In this document: positions 17,772 to 27,351 of the stretch, piece by piece
Position numbering within the stretch: position 1 is the stretch's first letter
How the letters are laid out: each line of letters starts with the position of its first letter
NCBI GenBank assembly: GCA_016839605.1
Contig: JAEOTX010000039.1
Location: 53,541 to 117,540 of the forward strand
Origin: Candidatus Thorarchaeota archaeon
GTDB lineage: Archaea; Asgardarchaeota; Thorarchaeia; Thorarchaeales; Thorarchaeaceae
DNA: 64,000 nt
Direction of reading: 5' to 3'
The notes under the pieces: model-generated
Told to the model about the DNA's origin: nothing
What the model saw: the letters and a program-made list of their open reading frames with translations, nothing else
The model's database searches: none
Translations under genes and position numbers: made by a program

Positions 17772-20700
17772 AAAGAATGAGATGCACCTGCCATTTGTGC
17801 ACGGCATAGAGGTAGAGCTTCAAGTCATTAAGAAAGATGGTTCATGGATTAGGGGAGAAGAAATACTTACAATCTTTGACAAGCTCATTTCGAATGCCAA
17901 AGCATTGCTTGACAAGAGAATCCAAACAGCCAGAGTAGAGTCAGTAAAGAGGAAGTATAAACATTCAAGCCAGACAGAGGAAGGTGAACGTGGCTCTAGA
18001 GTTGTAGCTCTCTATGACAATCCTAAGGGAAAACCTACCGAGTTCACACTTCTTGGACATGACCCCAACGTAACGAGTCTAACTTGGATATTAGAAATTG
18101 CGACACCTCCATGCACATCAATTGAAGAGTTGGCATGGTGGATTCAGACGCTCATTGCCATCTCTTATGAGTCGCTTCCTAAAGAGGCCAGAGCAATTCT
18201 CGTCTCAACCGGACTGAATCCCGCTCAGGAGTATCTAAAGAATCTCTCATTTGGAGAACATCATCACATTCTCGGTCCAGACGTTGATGATCATGTCCGC
18301 CTAGCTGTTTACAATATGTTCCGAAACTTCATCCCGCATCTCATTGCTCTTTCTGTTAACTCTCCCTTTGAGAATAAGAAGCCTACTGACACTGTAGAGA
18401 TTGACGAAGAGGGTAGGACCAGAGCACCAAGATGTAAGCGATCAATCAGACTCGTTAGAAACACGACACAGCTGGGGCCAACAAATGAGTTTGAATTCAT
18501 ACCATACATGGTACAGCCTGATAAGGAAGCTTTTGCTAGGCATGTAAACCGCAGCTACGCCAGAATGGTTGACATGTATCCGTTTCATCGATTAGGAACG
18601 GTAGAGCTTAGAGTCTTTGACACGCAATTGTCGATACCCAGGAGAGTGGGCATAGCACTAATACTGCAAGCTCTTGCATTGAAAGCAAAGAGAATGGTCG
18701 AACAAGGAGAGAAGATACCTGATGCGGGGGCAAAGTCACTGGCAGCGAATCGAGCGTCTGCTGTATCGGCTGGTCTCTGGGGCCCTTTTCGATCAGGTAG
18801 TGAAACTGATAATCCCGAGTTCATGCGCCTCTATAACTTCAAGGTCGATGATGACGGCGAAACGGACGACAGAAAAAGAAACAGATTCTTGGGTGACGCA
18901 GTCATATCAATGCTCTACTTGATTCGGGATGAGCTGGAAGAACTGGATGTTGTTGATAATCCGTTTATGCAACCAATCCTTGTTTCGGTGTTTGGGAGTG
19001 AAGTCGTCCCTCCAAGGACCACTGGCGCAGACTTCCAGTTGGATGTATATGCCAAATCGGACATGAATATGGTTGTACTATTGAAAAGCCTCGCTGACAT
19101 CACAAGGGAATGCTGTACCAATTGGGTATATGATCCACTTGAAGGCACGCCGAAACTACCAACATGGTTGTGCTGGTGGACAGGACTTGAGCCAGAGATA
19201 CTGACTGACATAGAACAACTTTTCGCAGGGCAGGAAGCAGAATTCATTGTTTCTCTGAGGAATACTGGTGACCGTCCCCTTTTCAATCTAGGAGTAGATT
19301 TCACCATTGAAGACTCAGCTAGAAATGTTGTACATGAGGGCGTCCGGGGAGTTCCTGAGATTAGTTCCGGGCAGATCCATTCAGAGCGAATAGTATTCCA
19401 GACCAGCAAAGAAGTTACAGCCTATAACATCATAGTAGCAATTGGACTTGCTGGAAAACAAATTCACCTGACAGGGACCTTGAACACCTACTGGATGAAG
19501 GCGAATATCAGACCAGGAACCACAACTCAGTTCTCAGATGGAAAGACACCAGTTCTTTACAAAGGCGACATTGAGACCAACTTCCCTGAATCAACCGATG
19601 TAACTGTTGATATTGCGGTCATCGCTCCAAACAAAGAAAGAGTTCTAGCTATAGTGACAGATAAGCTAAGAGTTGAGAGTCTGGATACGATATTGTTTGA
19701 CCAAACGAGTCTCCCGGCAATCGTAGTTCCTACCGATGCCTCTCATGGCGTTGAACGATGCATTTTACGCCTCAATCTTGTTGATGCTGAAGATGAGCTC
19801 ATAACATCAGTCACATCAAAGCCGTTCTATATTGGATTCGCTAGGAAAGGCCCACAACTTCTTTTCGATGCAGAACTAAAGGGAGTCTACTATCCAGGGG
19901 ATTTGATTGTTGGCGAGATTGAGCTCGCATCAAAGAAGCATTCTATGAGCAAAAATGCATTTCTACTTGTAGAGTTCCGTTCAGACTCAGGGGAACATGT
20001 TGAGATAGCCCGGTTTGGTGTAAAAGAAGTAGTTGAGGCGCCCGTGAGATTTACCTGGCGTGTGCCCCCTATCGAATCTGAAGAGCTCTCTCATCGCGCA
20101 GGTGTGATTGTATCATCGATGGTGGATAAGGGAAAGGAAGTTGCATCTACTGAGACCGTTCGCTTCAGAATAGACCGCCTTGGAGTTCTCCTAAATATTG
20201 ACTCACTTCGTGCACCAGACACAGCGCACATTGGGGGGAAGATTTCGGGATGGTTGAGAGTAAGGCGCAACACCGAACTGGGAGGCCCAGCTGGGTTGAT
20301 TGTGGCCTTGAAGTTCCCGGATGAGGAGGAACAAGTTCTCGTTGAACAAGGCGTCAAGCAAAGCAGGAATCTCTCTTTGGCCTTTGGACCAGTCACCATT
20401 CCTCAACCAAAACAGAAAAAGAAACCGTCTAGTGTGACTCTCACGGCCAAGCTGACATATGAAGGCACAGTTATAGACCAGAGATCTACAGAGATTGCGC
20501 TATCTGATGGACCGGAGGGGCAAATCGCAAGTGTGAGCTTTGCAGGGGTCCCGGCATATGTGTTACCAGATGAAGAAATTAGACCAGTTCTTCAGGTGAC
20601 AAATATCACTGGTAAGAAATTGAAGTATGATATTAGGATAGAATTGGAGTCGGTTGGAGGAACAGACAAACTGGTCAAGAGCTCTCGAACTATGGACCCA

Positions 20701-21192
20701 GGCCAGAGCAAGATTCTGCCGATACAACTGCGTGTGCCCTTGAGTGCAGAAATGAGCACTGCACACCTAAAGGCCATAGTGAAGTGCGGCAGATTAACTA
20801 TGGAAAGGAAGGAACGATTCAAGGTTAAAGCAATTGAAAGCCCCGTGTTTGATGTGGATTTCTGGATTCGAAAGAAGTCAGGTGAAGAAATACCAGGACT
20901 TGTGGCAAGGCTCACAAAAGTGGAGTTAAGAGCGAGGATAGGTGGTCTCAAAGAAGGAATGAGCGACCTGGAAGTGATTCTTAGGGTAATGTCAAGAAGA
21001 GAGATAGTGAAACAGTTTAAAGCTTCACTCTCTGAAGTTGAGGCAGGCGAGAAAGAGATCACTTTCCAGTGGACGACGCCCCCTGTTGACATGGTCACCG
21101 GGTATTATTTGGATGCTGTAATCACTCAGGATGGAAAGACTCTTCCAGATAGAGCCATTCGACAGAATCGGAAGCAATTCACAGTGTACTAG
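17752..21192 (+). CDS. Glutamate-cysteine ligase family 2 (carboxylate-amine ligase) domain fused to about 6 Ig-like beta-sandwich domains
   Basis: HGIEVELQV, LEIATPPC, FGEHHHI, LIALSVNSPF and GTVELRVFD in aa 1-330; after about aa 480, repeated units of about 110 aa with alternating hydrophobic strands. Confidence 0.8.
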   Translation: MTDIVPEKNEMHLPFVHGIEVELQVIKKDGSWIRGEEILTIFDKLISNAKALLDKRIQTARVESVKRKYKHSSQTEEGERGSRVVALYDNPKGKPTEFTLLGHDPNVTSLTWILEIATPPCTSIEELAWWIQTLIAISYESLPKEARAILVSTGLNPAQEYLKNLSFGEHHHILGPDVDDHVRLAVYNMFRNFIPHLIALSVNSPFENKKPTDTVEIDEEGRTRAPRCKRSIRLVRNTTQLGPTNEFEFIPYMVQPDKEAFARHVNRSYARMVDMYPFHRLGTVELRVFDTQLSIPRRVGIALILQALALKAKRMVEQGEKIPDAGAKSLAANRASAVSAGLWGPFRSGSETDNPEFMRLYNFKVDDDGETDDRKRNRFLGDAVISMLYLIRDELEELDVVDNPFMQPILVSVFGSEVVPPRTTGADFQLDVYAKSDMNMVVLLKSLADITRECCTNWVYDPLEGTPKLPTWLCWWTGLEPEILTDIEQLFAGQEAEFIVSLRNTGDRPLFNLGVDFTIEDSARNVVHEGVRGVPEISSGQIHSERIVFQTSKEVTAYNIIVAIGLAGKQIHLTGTLNTYWMKANIRPGTTTQFSDGKTPVLYKGDIETNFPESTDVTVDIAVIAPNKERVLAIVTDKLRVESLDTILFDQTSLPAIVVPTDASHGVERCILRLNLVDAEDELITSVTSKPFYIGFARKGPQLLFDAELKGVYYPGDLIVGEIELASKKHSMSKNAFLLVEFRSDSGEHVEIARFGVKEVVEAPVRFTWRVPPIESEELSHRAGVIVSSMVDKGKEVASTETVRFRIDRLGVLLNIDSLRAPDTAHIGGKISGWLRVRRNTELGGPAGLIVALKFPDEEEQVLVEQGVKQSRNLSLAFGPVTIPQPKQKKKPSSVTLTAKLTYEGTVIDQRSTEIALSDGPEGQIASVSFAGVPAYVLPDEEIRPVLQVTNITGKKLKYDIRIELESVGGTDKLVKSSRTMDPGQSKILPIQLRVPLSAEMSTAHLKAIVKCGRLTMERKERFKVKAIESPVFDVDFWIRKKSGEEIPGLVARLTKVELRARIGGLKEGMSDLEVILRVMSRREIVKQFKASLSEVEAGEKEITFQWTTPPVDMVTGYYLDAVITQDGKTLPDRAIRQNRKQFTVY

Positions 21193-21441
21193 GTGTGTGG
21201 ATTGGATTACATCATAAAAGTGTCTAACTCTTCTAGGACTATATAATAATCCTCGAAGAAGAACGATGCAGAGTTCGACATTTGACTGTTCAGTTTGCAA
21301 AGGTATAATAGGGACAGCACGGCCGCCGTTTGTTAATCGGATTAGTTTGCTGATAGCAGGTATATGGTCATAGAACTGTATTGATAGTTTATGGATTGGC
21401 GTCTACAATCAACTGAATGACTGATATGACAATTTACGGAT

Positions 21442-22380
21442 GTGAATGTGATGCAGGAACTATTGACCCACCCGGTCGTTTCCGGGCTTCTTGTGATGAC
21501 GCTAGTGGGCGTTCTCGCATACAAGGCAGGATTCCTTGACATCTCAGGAATGATCAGCGCATTCCTAGTAGGATTCGTAGTATGGTATACTGGAGGCCCG
21601 CCTGCTTTTACAATTCTGCTATTCTTCTTCTTTACTTCTGGTTTAGCGACCAAGTTCAAATACAAGGCCAAGGCAAAGCAAGGACTTGCTCAAGAGGGCA
21701 GGGGTAGGCGATCATTCAGGAATGTTCTTGCAAGTGGTATAATTCCACTCTTCTTCTCAGTAGCGTGGTACATTACACGAACCTATCCATCCCTGGGAAT
21801 AGACCCATTCTGGATGTTTGGAGGATTTGTTGGGGCCGTGGCAACAACTGCTGCTGATACATTGGCGTCAGAGATAGGAGTCTTTAGCAAAGCAAAACCC
21901 AGACTCATAACCAATCTAAGGAGGAAAGTTCCAAGAGGCACAATAGGAGCGGTCTCGCTATTGGGTGAGGCCGTGGCTGCTGCAGCTGGTTTGGCTATAG
22001 GAATCATCGCAGTGGTCTTTGCATTATTCTCTTCAGGAACTGAGTGGGGATCGGTCCCAGTTGCGAATGCAGCACAGTTCATGTTCATCATTCCTTTGGC
22101 TATCCTGACAGGATTCATAGGCTGCAATCTTGACAGTCTGATTGGTGCTATTGCACAGAACAGATTCGTTTGCGAGATTTGTGGAGCCATCACAGACAGA
22201 GAATTTCACTGCAGCTATGAAACGAAGTATGTGGGTGGCTTCAAGCGGTTTACAAATGTCCATGTCAATCTTGGATCGTCAACCATGGGTGCAACTTTGG
22301 GCATTGTCTTAGGTGCAGGATTGTTTGTATGGATTTTGGGCGGCTTGTTCTTCTGGATTGCTGCATCATCGAGTAGCTAG
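21442..22380 (+). CDS. DUF92/TMEM19-family membrane protein
   Basis: GRRSFRNVLASG, ADTLASEIG, RLITN..VPRGTIGAVSLLG, DSLIGA, N.HVN motifs. Confidence 0.9.
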   Translation: MNVMQELLTHPVVSGLLVMTLVGVLAYKAGFLDISGMISAFLVGFVVWYTGGPPAFTILLFFFFTSGLATKFKYKAKAKQGLAQEGRGRRSFRNVLASGIIPLFFSVAWYITRTYPSLGIDPFWMFGGFVGAVATTAADTLASEIGVFSKAKPRLITNLRRKVPRGTIGAVSLLGEAVAAAAGLAIGIIAVVFALFSSGTEWGSVPVANAAQFMFIIPLAILTGFIGCNLDSLIGAIAQNRFVCEICGAITDREFHCSYETKYVGGFKRFTNVHVNLGSSTMGATLGIVLGAGLFVWILGGLFFWIAASSSS

Positions 22381-23732
22381 TTCTTGGAGATGTGTTTCTG
22401 CTCATATTTCATTGCTGCTTCGAAAGCTTTTGAAGGTCGGACTCCAGCCGCAAGTGATTGAAGAAATTTAGCCATGAACCATGGTGTGATGTCATCAGTT
22501 GAATATTCACGGATGTGCCAAATGGCTTTAGAAGTCTTATCAGGGAAAACCTTGAAGGCATCCTTACCTTGCATGACGACGAGGGCAGCATCTGTCAAAT
22601 CTTGCAAAGAGGGAATGGGATTCGACCCCAATTGATTCTTGATTTCTTGCCACTCGAGATCTGATACTACAAGTACATCAATCTGACTGAGAATGGGCTC
22701 AAGCTCGTGAACACCTCGCTTCCAGAAATGAGGCGAGCATCTGTATACCAAGGGCACAGCATTCGCCTTGGCATAAGCAGCAATAGAAACTGCGACTTCA
22801 AGGAACACCTCGCCTAGATAGACCACCTTGGCGCTGGCGATGACGTCCCATGGTACTTGAGAGGGAGAAGTAAGAGAGAGAGCAGATACATCTCCAATTC
22901 CTACCAAAGTTCGTGAACCTTCCTCCTCATCCAAGATGATTGTTTCATTCGTATGCTTTTCATCCTCCACCACAAAATGAGAGACATCAACGTTCCTGTT
23001 TACTAGACTTGATATCACAGACCACCCATCTTGATCGTTACCAACAGAGGACACCAATGCAATAGGCAATCCCAAATTAGCAAGAGAGAGAGCCAGCTCC
23101 ACTGTAGAGCCGCCAGGCTCTCTATAGGGAACGCTACAGCCCATCTCGCCTCCAACTGGAGGAATCTCCGTACAACTGATTTTGGTAAAATATGCGCATG
23201 CGCCGAATAGAACATACTCTGGCTTCTCATAGACTTGTGAGCCCTGCAGTATTGCCCTTGCCCGTGTACGTGTAAACACATCGAATATCGTGGATGAATC
23301 AAGGCCTCGCTCACGATACAGAGAAACAAGACTGGAAAGATAATCTTCGAGAAGGGATGCTGTGAGGTCACCAAGGTCCGAAGGAAGTCCTGCTGAAAAC
23401 AGACGCGTGACACCCCATCCGCTTTTCGTAAGCTCATGATAGACAACCCGCTTTCCTCCATCAACAGATGAAGACGTGGTGATGAGCCCAAACTCCTTGA
23501 GCGCTTTTAGATATGCGAGTATACTCTTGTTTGAATGGGGGAGAGTTTTTACAAGATCACGCTGCAAGGCTCGTCCATCTTCTTCGAATGCGCCGAGTAC
23601 TCCAGAAGCAACCTTCGACGCAAGCACCGTCTTGATGAACTGACGTTTTCGGTCCAATTCCTCTGGTAGAAACATGACATAAGGCCAGAGATTATCCTGC
23701 GGGTCCATTCTTCTTGTCTCCAACATGTTCAT
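22377..23732 (-). CDS. Winged-helix transcription regulator fused to a degenerate PfkB/ribokinase domain
   Basis: N-terminal wHTH (SNKSILAYLKALKEFGLI..YHELTKSG); PfkB motifs PGGS and VGNDQDG present; C-terminal DTxGAGD absent. Confidence 0.8.
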   Translation of the reverse strand: MNMLETRRMDPQDNLWPYVMFLPEELDRKRQFIKTVLASKVASGVLGAFEEDGRALQRDLVKTLPHSNKSILAYLKALKEFGLITTSSSVDGGKRVVYHELTKSGWGVTRLFSAGLPSDLGDLTASLLEDYLSSLVSLYRERGLDSSTIFDVFTRTRARAILQGSQVYEKPEYVLFGACAYFTKISCTEIPPVGGEMGCSVPYREPGGSTVELALSLANLGLPIALVSSVGNDQDGWSVISSLVNRNVDVSHFVVEDEKHTNETIILDEEEGSRTLVGIGDVSALSLTSPSQVPWDVIASAKVVYLGEVFLEVAVSIAAYAKANAVPLVYRCSPHFWKRGVHELEPILSQIDVLVVSDLEWQEIKNQLGSNPIPSLQDLTDAALVVMQGKDAFKVFPDKTSKAIWHIREYSTDDITPWFMAKFLQSLAAGVRPSKAFEAAMKYEQKHISKN

Positions 23733-23771
23733 ATAGTGGTTTAGGGCAGCGATTTAGTGTACATAACTGCC

Positions 23772-23794
23772 TATGTAGTTTACTAAACTACATA
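23772..23794. promoter_or_regulatory. Perfect palindromic operator candidate
   Basis: tatgtagttta-c-taaactacata (11-bp arms, 1-bp spacer) in the 83-bp gap between the divergent regulator and S-component genes. Confidence 0.7.
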
Positions 23795-23815
23795 AAATAA
23801 GAGCGAGGTAGTAGT

Positions 23816-24604
23816 ATGTCGAACTTCACAAGATCAGGCGCGTATCCGTGGGCCTTAGTCGGAATCTTTGCAGCGGTTCAACTCGTGATGACTGCCTTTC
23901 CAATCACCTTTTCTATTGGAATCGGAGGAATTCTATCACTGGGATTAGTAGCTGCACCAATCATAGGATATCTATTGGGACCGTTCTTCGGAACTATATC
24001 TGTACTCATTGGATCATTTCTGGGAGTTTCAATCAATGTGGCTCTGCACCCACTTGCAATGTTCACACCGATAGCTCCTGCAGCTAGCGCATTGGTGGCA
24101 GGGTCGCTGAGAGTGAAGAAACCGATTGTTGTTCCACTCGTCTATATCGCATCCATAGGAATATTCCTAGTGAGTCCAATCGCAGGACTCTCGTATGCCT
24201 TCCTATGGTTCCATATCATAGCCCTGATTCTGTCACTCCTGTTCTTGATGCCTCTCTTCAGGGAAAAGCTGTCGAGCGGCCTAGAAATGGATGCAAATGT
24301 TGGATATGGAATTGGTGTCGTGTCAATATGGCTGCTCAGCTTGATCTCAGTGTTAGCTGACCAGTTGGTTGGATCTACTATTGGAGCGTTTTATTTCGTC
24401 ACTCTGGGATTGGATGCCCCCACAGTTGCCGGATTCTATGCTACTGCCATTTTCATATATCCCATTGAAAGGACTCTAGCATCAATCATTGCTGCCTTTG
24501 TAATCGTGGCTCTTGCCAAATTCCTTGCAAAGACATACTTTGACCTTCCAACCACACCACTGGAATCTGGAATCCAAGAACTGCCCGAGGAAGAGATACA
24601 GTAG
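23816..24604 (+). CDS. ECF transporter S-component-like membrane protein
   Basis: ALVGIFAAV (AxxxA-type helix 1); PIIGYLLGPFFG motif; multiple TM helices. Confidence 0.75.
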   Translation: MSNFTRSGAYPWALVGIFAAVQLVMTAFPITFSIGIGGILSLGLVAAPIIGYLLGPFFGTISVLIGSFLGVSINVALHPLAMFTPIAPAASALVAGSLRVKKPIVVPLVYIASIGIFLVSPIAGLSYAFLWFHIIALILSLLFLMPLFREKLSSGLEMDANVGYGIGVVSIWLLSLISVLADQLVGSTIGAFYFVTLGLDAPTVAGFYATAIFIYPIERTLASIIAAFVIVALAKFLAKTYFDLPTTPLESGIQELPEEEIQ

Positions 24605-24748
24605 ACCTTATGGATGAAATCAATCAGAATTGGAGCGGCATCGAGACGAAGCTTCATATGCGTTCCCGTGAATTGACACACAGAACGGGGGATTCACATC
24701 CGTTTCGTCCAACTTGATAGATTGGACTAGGACAGGAGAAATAATAGA

Positions 24749-25582
24749 TTGCAGTTTATTGATCCATATTGGGGAACGATACTCCTCCTTGGATTCGTGT
24801 TCCTCTTCATCTTGATGTTTGTAGCTAGTGGAATCAAGGTCCTCAGAGAATGGGAACGCATTGCGATTCTTCGACTCGGTAAGTTTCAGGGCATCAAGGG
24901 CCCCGGAATAACATGGGTCACACCTATACTTGACAAGATTGCAATGAAGGTCTCTCTTAGGCTGTTGACCTATGCTTTCAAGACAGAGAGGTCTCTGACG
25001 AAAGACAACGTTCCAGTGGTTGTAGACGCGGTCATGTATTTCAGGGTGATTGACCCTGAGAAAGCGATTCTGAGTGTAGAAAGATACACAATTGCCGTAG
25101 AACTCGCTGCCCAGACCACGCTGCGTGAGACCACAGGTAAAGTCACTCTTGACGAGCTTCTCGCAGAACGTGATAAGATTGCGGAACATCTCCAGGAGCT
25201 TATTGACGAGAAGACAGAGCACTGGGGTGTTAAGGTCACATCAGTCGAGATCAGAGACGTCGTGATTCCTGCTGCACTTCAGGACGCCATGAGCAGAGAG
25301 GCTCAGGCTGAGAGAGAGCGTCGTGCTAGAATCACTCTGGCTACAGCAGAACTTGAAGCAGCAGAGAACATGATGAAGGCTGCAAGGATGTATGAGGAAT
25401 CTCAAGTAGGGTATAACTTGCGAACCTGGAACATCATGCAGGAGATATCTAAGAATGCGAACCTCATCATCATGATACCAACAAATCTGCCAGAAGTAGG
25501 TACAGTCGTTGGAACAGCAGCCGCTCTATCTGCAGGAACAGGTGGATTGCGGATGCCCAAGGATAAGGGGACCCAGGAGTAA
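24749..25582 (+). CDS. SPFH/band 7 (stomatin-like) protein
   Basis: LRLGK..GPG, LTKDNVPV.VDAV, AQTTLR, WGVKVTSVEIRDV, QAERERRA. Confidence 0.95.
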   Translation: MQFIDPYWGTILLLGFVFLFILMFVASGIKVLREWERIAILRLGKFQGIKGPGITWVTPILDKIAMKVSLRLLTYAFKTERSLTKDNVPVVVDAVMYFRVIDPEKAILSVERYTIAVELAAQTTLRETTGKVTLDELLAERDKIAEHLQELIDEKTEHWGVKVTSVEIRDVVIPAALQDAMSREAQAERERRARITLATAELEAAENMMKAARMYEESQVGYNLRTWNIMQEISKNANLIIMIPTNLPEVGTVVGTAAALSAGTGGLRMPKDKGTQE

Positions 25583-25611
25583 ATTTCGTGTGACATTGGG
25601 AGGTTGACATA

Positions 25612-26310
25612 ATGGATGCTTGGATTAAGATCTTCGTCGTGCTTATGCTGATGTCATTGCTCAGTGTCCTCATAGGCTACGTGCTCTTTGATCCATTCGT
25701 CGGATTAATCCTAGTAGCAATTGTACTCACTTTAATGGTAGTAGCGGTGGAACCTGCTAGCGGAAAAGCAATGGCCCAGGTCGTGGTGCCCATTGTTCTC
25801 ATTCTCTTCGCAATGCAGGTCTTCTTCACGCCTGGTTTCTCTTTTGATGTTGTCCAACTCATCATCATTGCAGGGATGCTCTTCCTGATGCTCGCCATAT
25901 TCACAGGTGGCGGGGGATTCGTTGATGGAGGGTTCATAGATGCGAAGGTTACATGCAAGCTCTTCCCATTCTACGGAGTGGCAATTCTGATATCAGTACT
26001 CATCGATCCGACGAGGACAATCACCGTCTACCTCATGGTTGGAACTGTCATGGGATTAATGGTGCTCTATGGCATATTCCTTAGAGGCTATGATAAATGG
26101 CCTGAATACTCAAAATATGGGAAAATGCGTAACGTCATCGCCATGTCAGACATCAATCCAACCGGGAAGGTGAAGGCAGGTGCAGCTATTTGGAGAGCCA
26201 GAACTGACGGCCCCCCTATCCGCGAGGGAGAAAGAGTGTCTGTTCGAGGAATCTCTGGCTTGACAATGATTGTAGGCCATGAGGTCAGTGGGGAAACTGA
26301 CCAGCAATAG
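25612..26310 (+). CDS. NfeD-like membrane protein (C-terminal OB fold)
   Basis: Multi-TM N-terminus; PTGKVKAGAAIWRA..I.EGERV.V.GI.GLTMIV; canonical partner of stomatin. Confidence 0.85.
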   Translation: MDAWIKIFVVLMLMSLLSVLIGYVLFDPFVGLILVAIVLTLMVVAVEPASGKAMAQVVVPIVLILFAMQVFFTPGFSFDVVQLIIIAGMLFLMLAIFTGGGGFVDGGFIDAKVTCKLFPFYGVAILISVLIDPTRTITVYLMVGTVMGLMVLYGIFLRGYDKWPEYSKYGKMRNVIAMSDINPTGKVKAGAAIWRARTDGPPIREGERVSVRGISGLTMIVGHEVSGETDQQ

Positions 26311-26343
26311 TATTTTCTAGAAAGGGTCGGTTCCATCCGACCC

Positions 26344-27195
26344 TCACTTATTCTTCAGTACCTCTTTCAGAAGCACCCAGACAAGGGACAATCCAAATAG
26401 GAAGCCAAATACCGTTGTAATGCCCCATTCAATCTGGAATATCTCCACCATATTCACAGGTTCTATGGGATAGACTGGAAACATGACGAATGCTACTATA
26501 TTCCAGGCATAATGGAACGCGATTGGAACCCAGAGTCGCTTCCCCGACCAATAATAGCTATAGCTCAGAACCACTCCTCCAAGAAAGAGGTTGAAATTAA
26601 ATATCAGAATCAAATGAAATGGAATAGAGCCCAGTGGAAGCCACCAGCTAAAGTGGAGCAAAGCAAACAGGGTCGATGTTCCAAGAATTGCGAAAGTTCG
26701 TCCTATAACCTTCTCCATTCTAGTGGTGAGATAGCCACGGTATACAATCTCCTCAAAGAGCGCCACAGGGATGGTGAATATGATCTGATTTGCAATCAAA
26801 TCGCCGGTTACTTCACTCGCAGGACGGATGTCACCTCCAAATAACAGTGCAACTATATAGACTAGAGCTGCAGCCACTGTGCCAGCTACCAAACCAATAA
26901 TGAGATGATGTATTGTTTTGTCATCAGTCTGGAGACCCAGACTTGTTACATCACCACTACGCTCCCAACGCATGAACAGAATCACAGCCAAATACATCAA
27001 GAGGTAAAGACCAAAGAATTGGACTGTGCCAATGAGACTTCTTGTCATAGCATCCATCGAAGATGTCATAATCGATATTGTTTCATGAAGGAGGTGGATT
27101 AGTAAGAGCGCCAAGGAAAAAAGCAGAACTCGTATTGGACCCAGATTATTCGTTTGTATACTATTGGCTCCCATATGTCGCCCAACGCTTTTCAC
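26344..27195 (-). CDS. CPBP (Abi/Rce1-like) intramembrane metalloprotease
   Basis: EEIVYRG, FALLH and H...N motifs. Confidence 0.9.
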   Translation of the reverse strand: MKSVGRHMGANSIQTNNLGPIRVLLFSLALLLIHLLHETISIMTSSMDAMTRSLIGTVQFFGLYLLMYLAVILFMRWERSGDVTSLGLQTDDKTIHHLIIGLVAGTVAAALVYIVALLFGGDIRPASEVTGDLIANQIIFTIPVALFEEIVYRGYLTTRMEKVIGRTFAILGTSTLFALLHFSWWLPLGSIPFHLILIFNFNLFLGGVVLSYSYYWSGKRLWVPIAFHYAWNIVAFVMFPVYPIEPVNMVEIFQIEWGITTVFGFLFGLSLVWVLLKEVLKNK

Positions 27196-27351
27196 ACCTA
27201 AATCTCATCCGGTAAGACCCGGTAGGACACACAAGAAGGGTATACATATTGCGAAATTTAATAACTAGGCGTGGCTCTTCGAACTTAATGGTGGAAACTA
27301 GGCATTGCAAATGACTAGTGCTCATCCTATGATGATTCGCGCCACGGAGGA

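Noticed and set aside
17752-19200. Calling the ligase a Pup ligase (PafA/Dop) or a bona fide GshA
   Set aside because: Motifs (EIATP, ALSVNSPF, GTVELRVFD) fit GCS2/YbdK better; no Pup-like GGE/GGQ-ending small ORF is nearby; substrate cannot be read from sequence.
24620-25222. 200-aa antisense ORF
   Set aside because: Shadow of the highly conserved stomatin gene; no motifs of its own.
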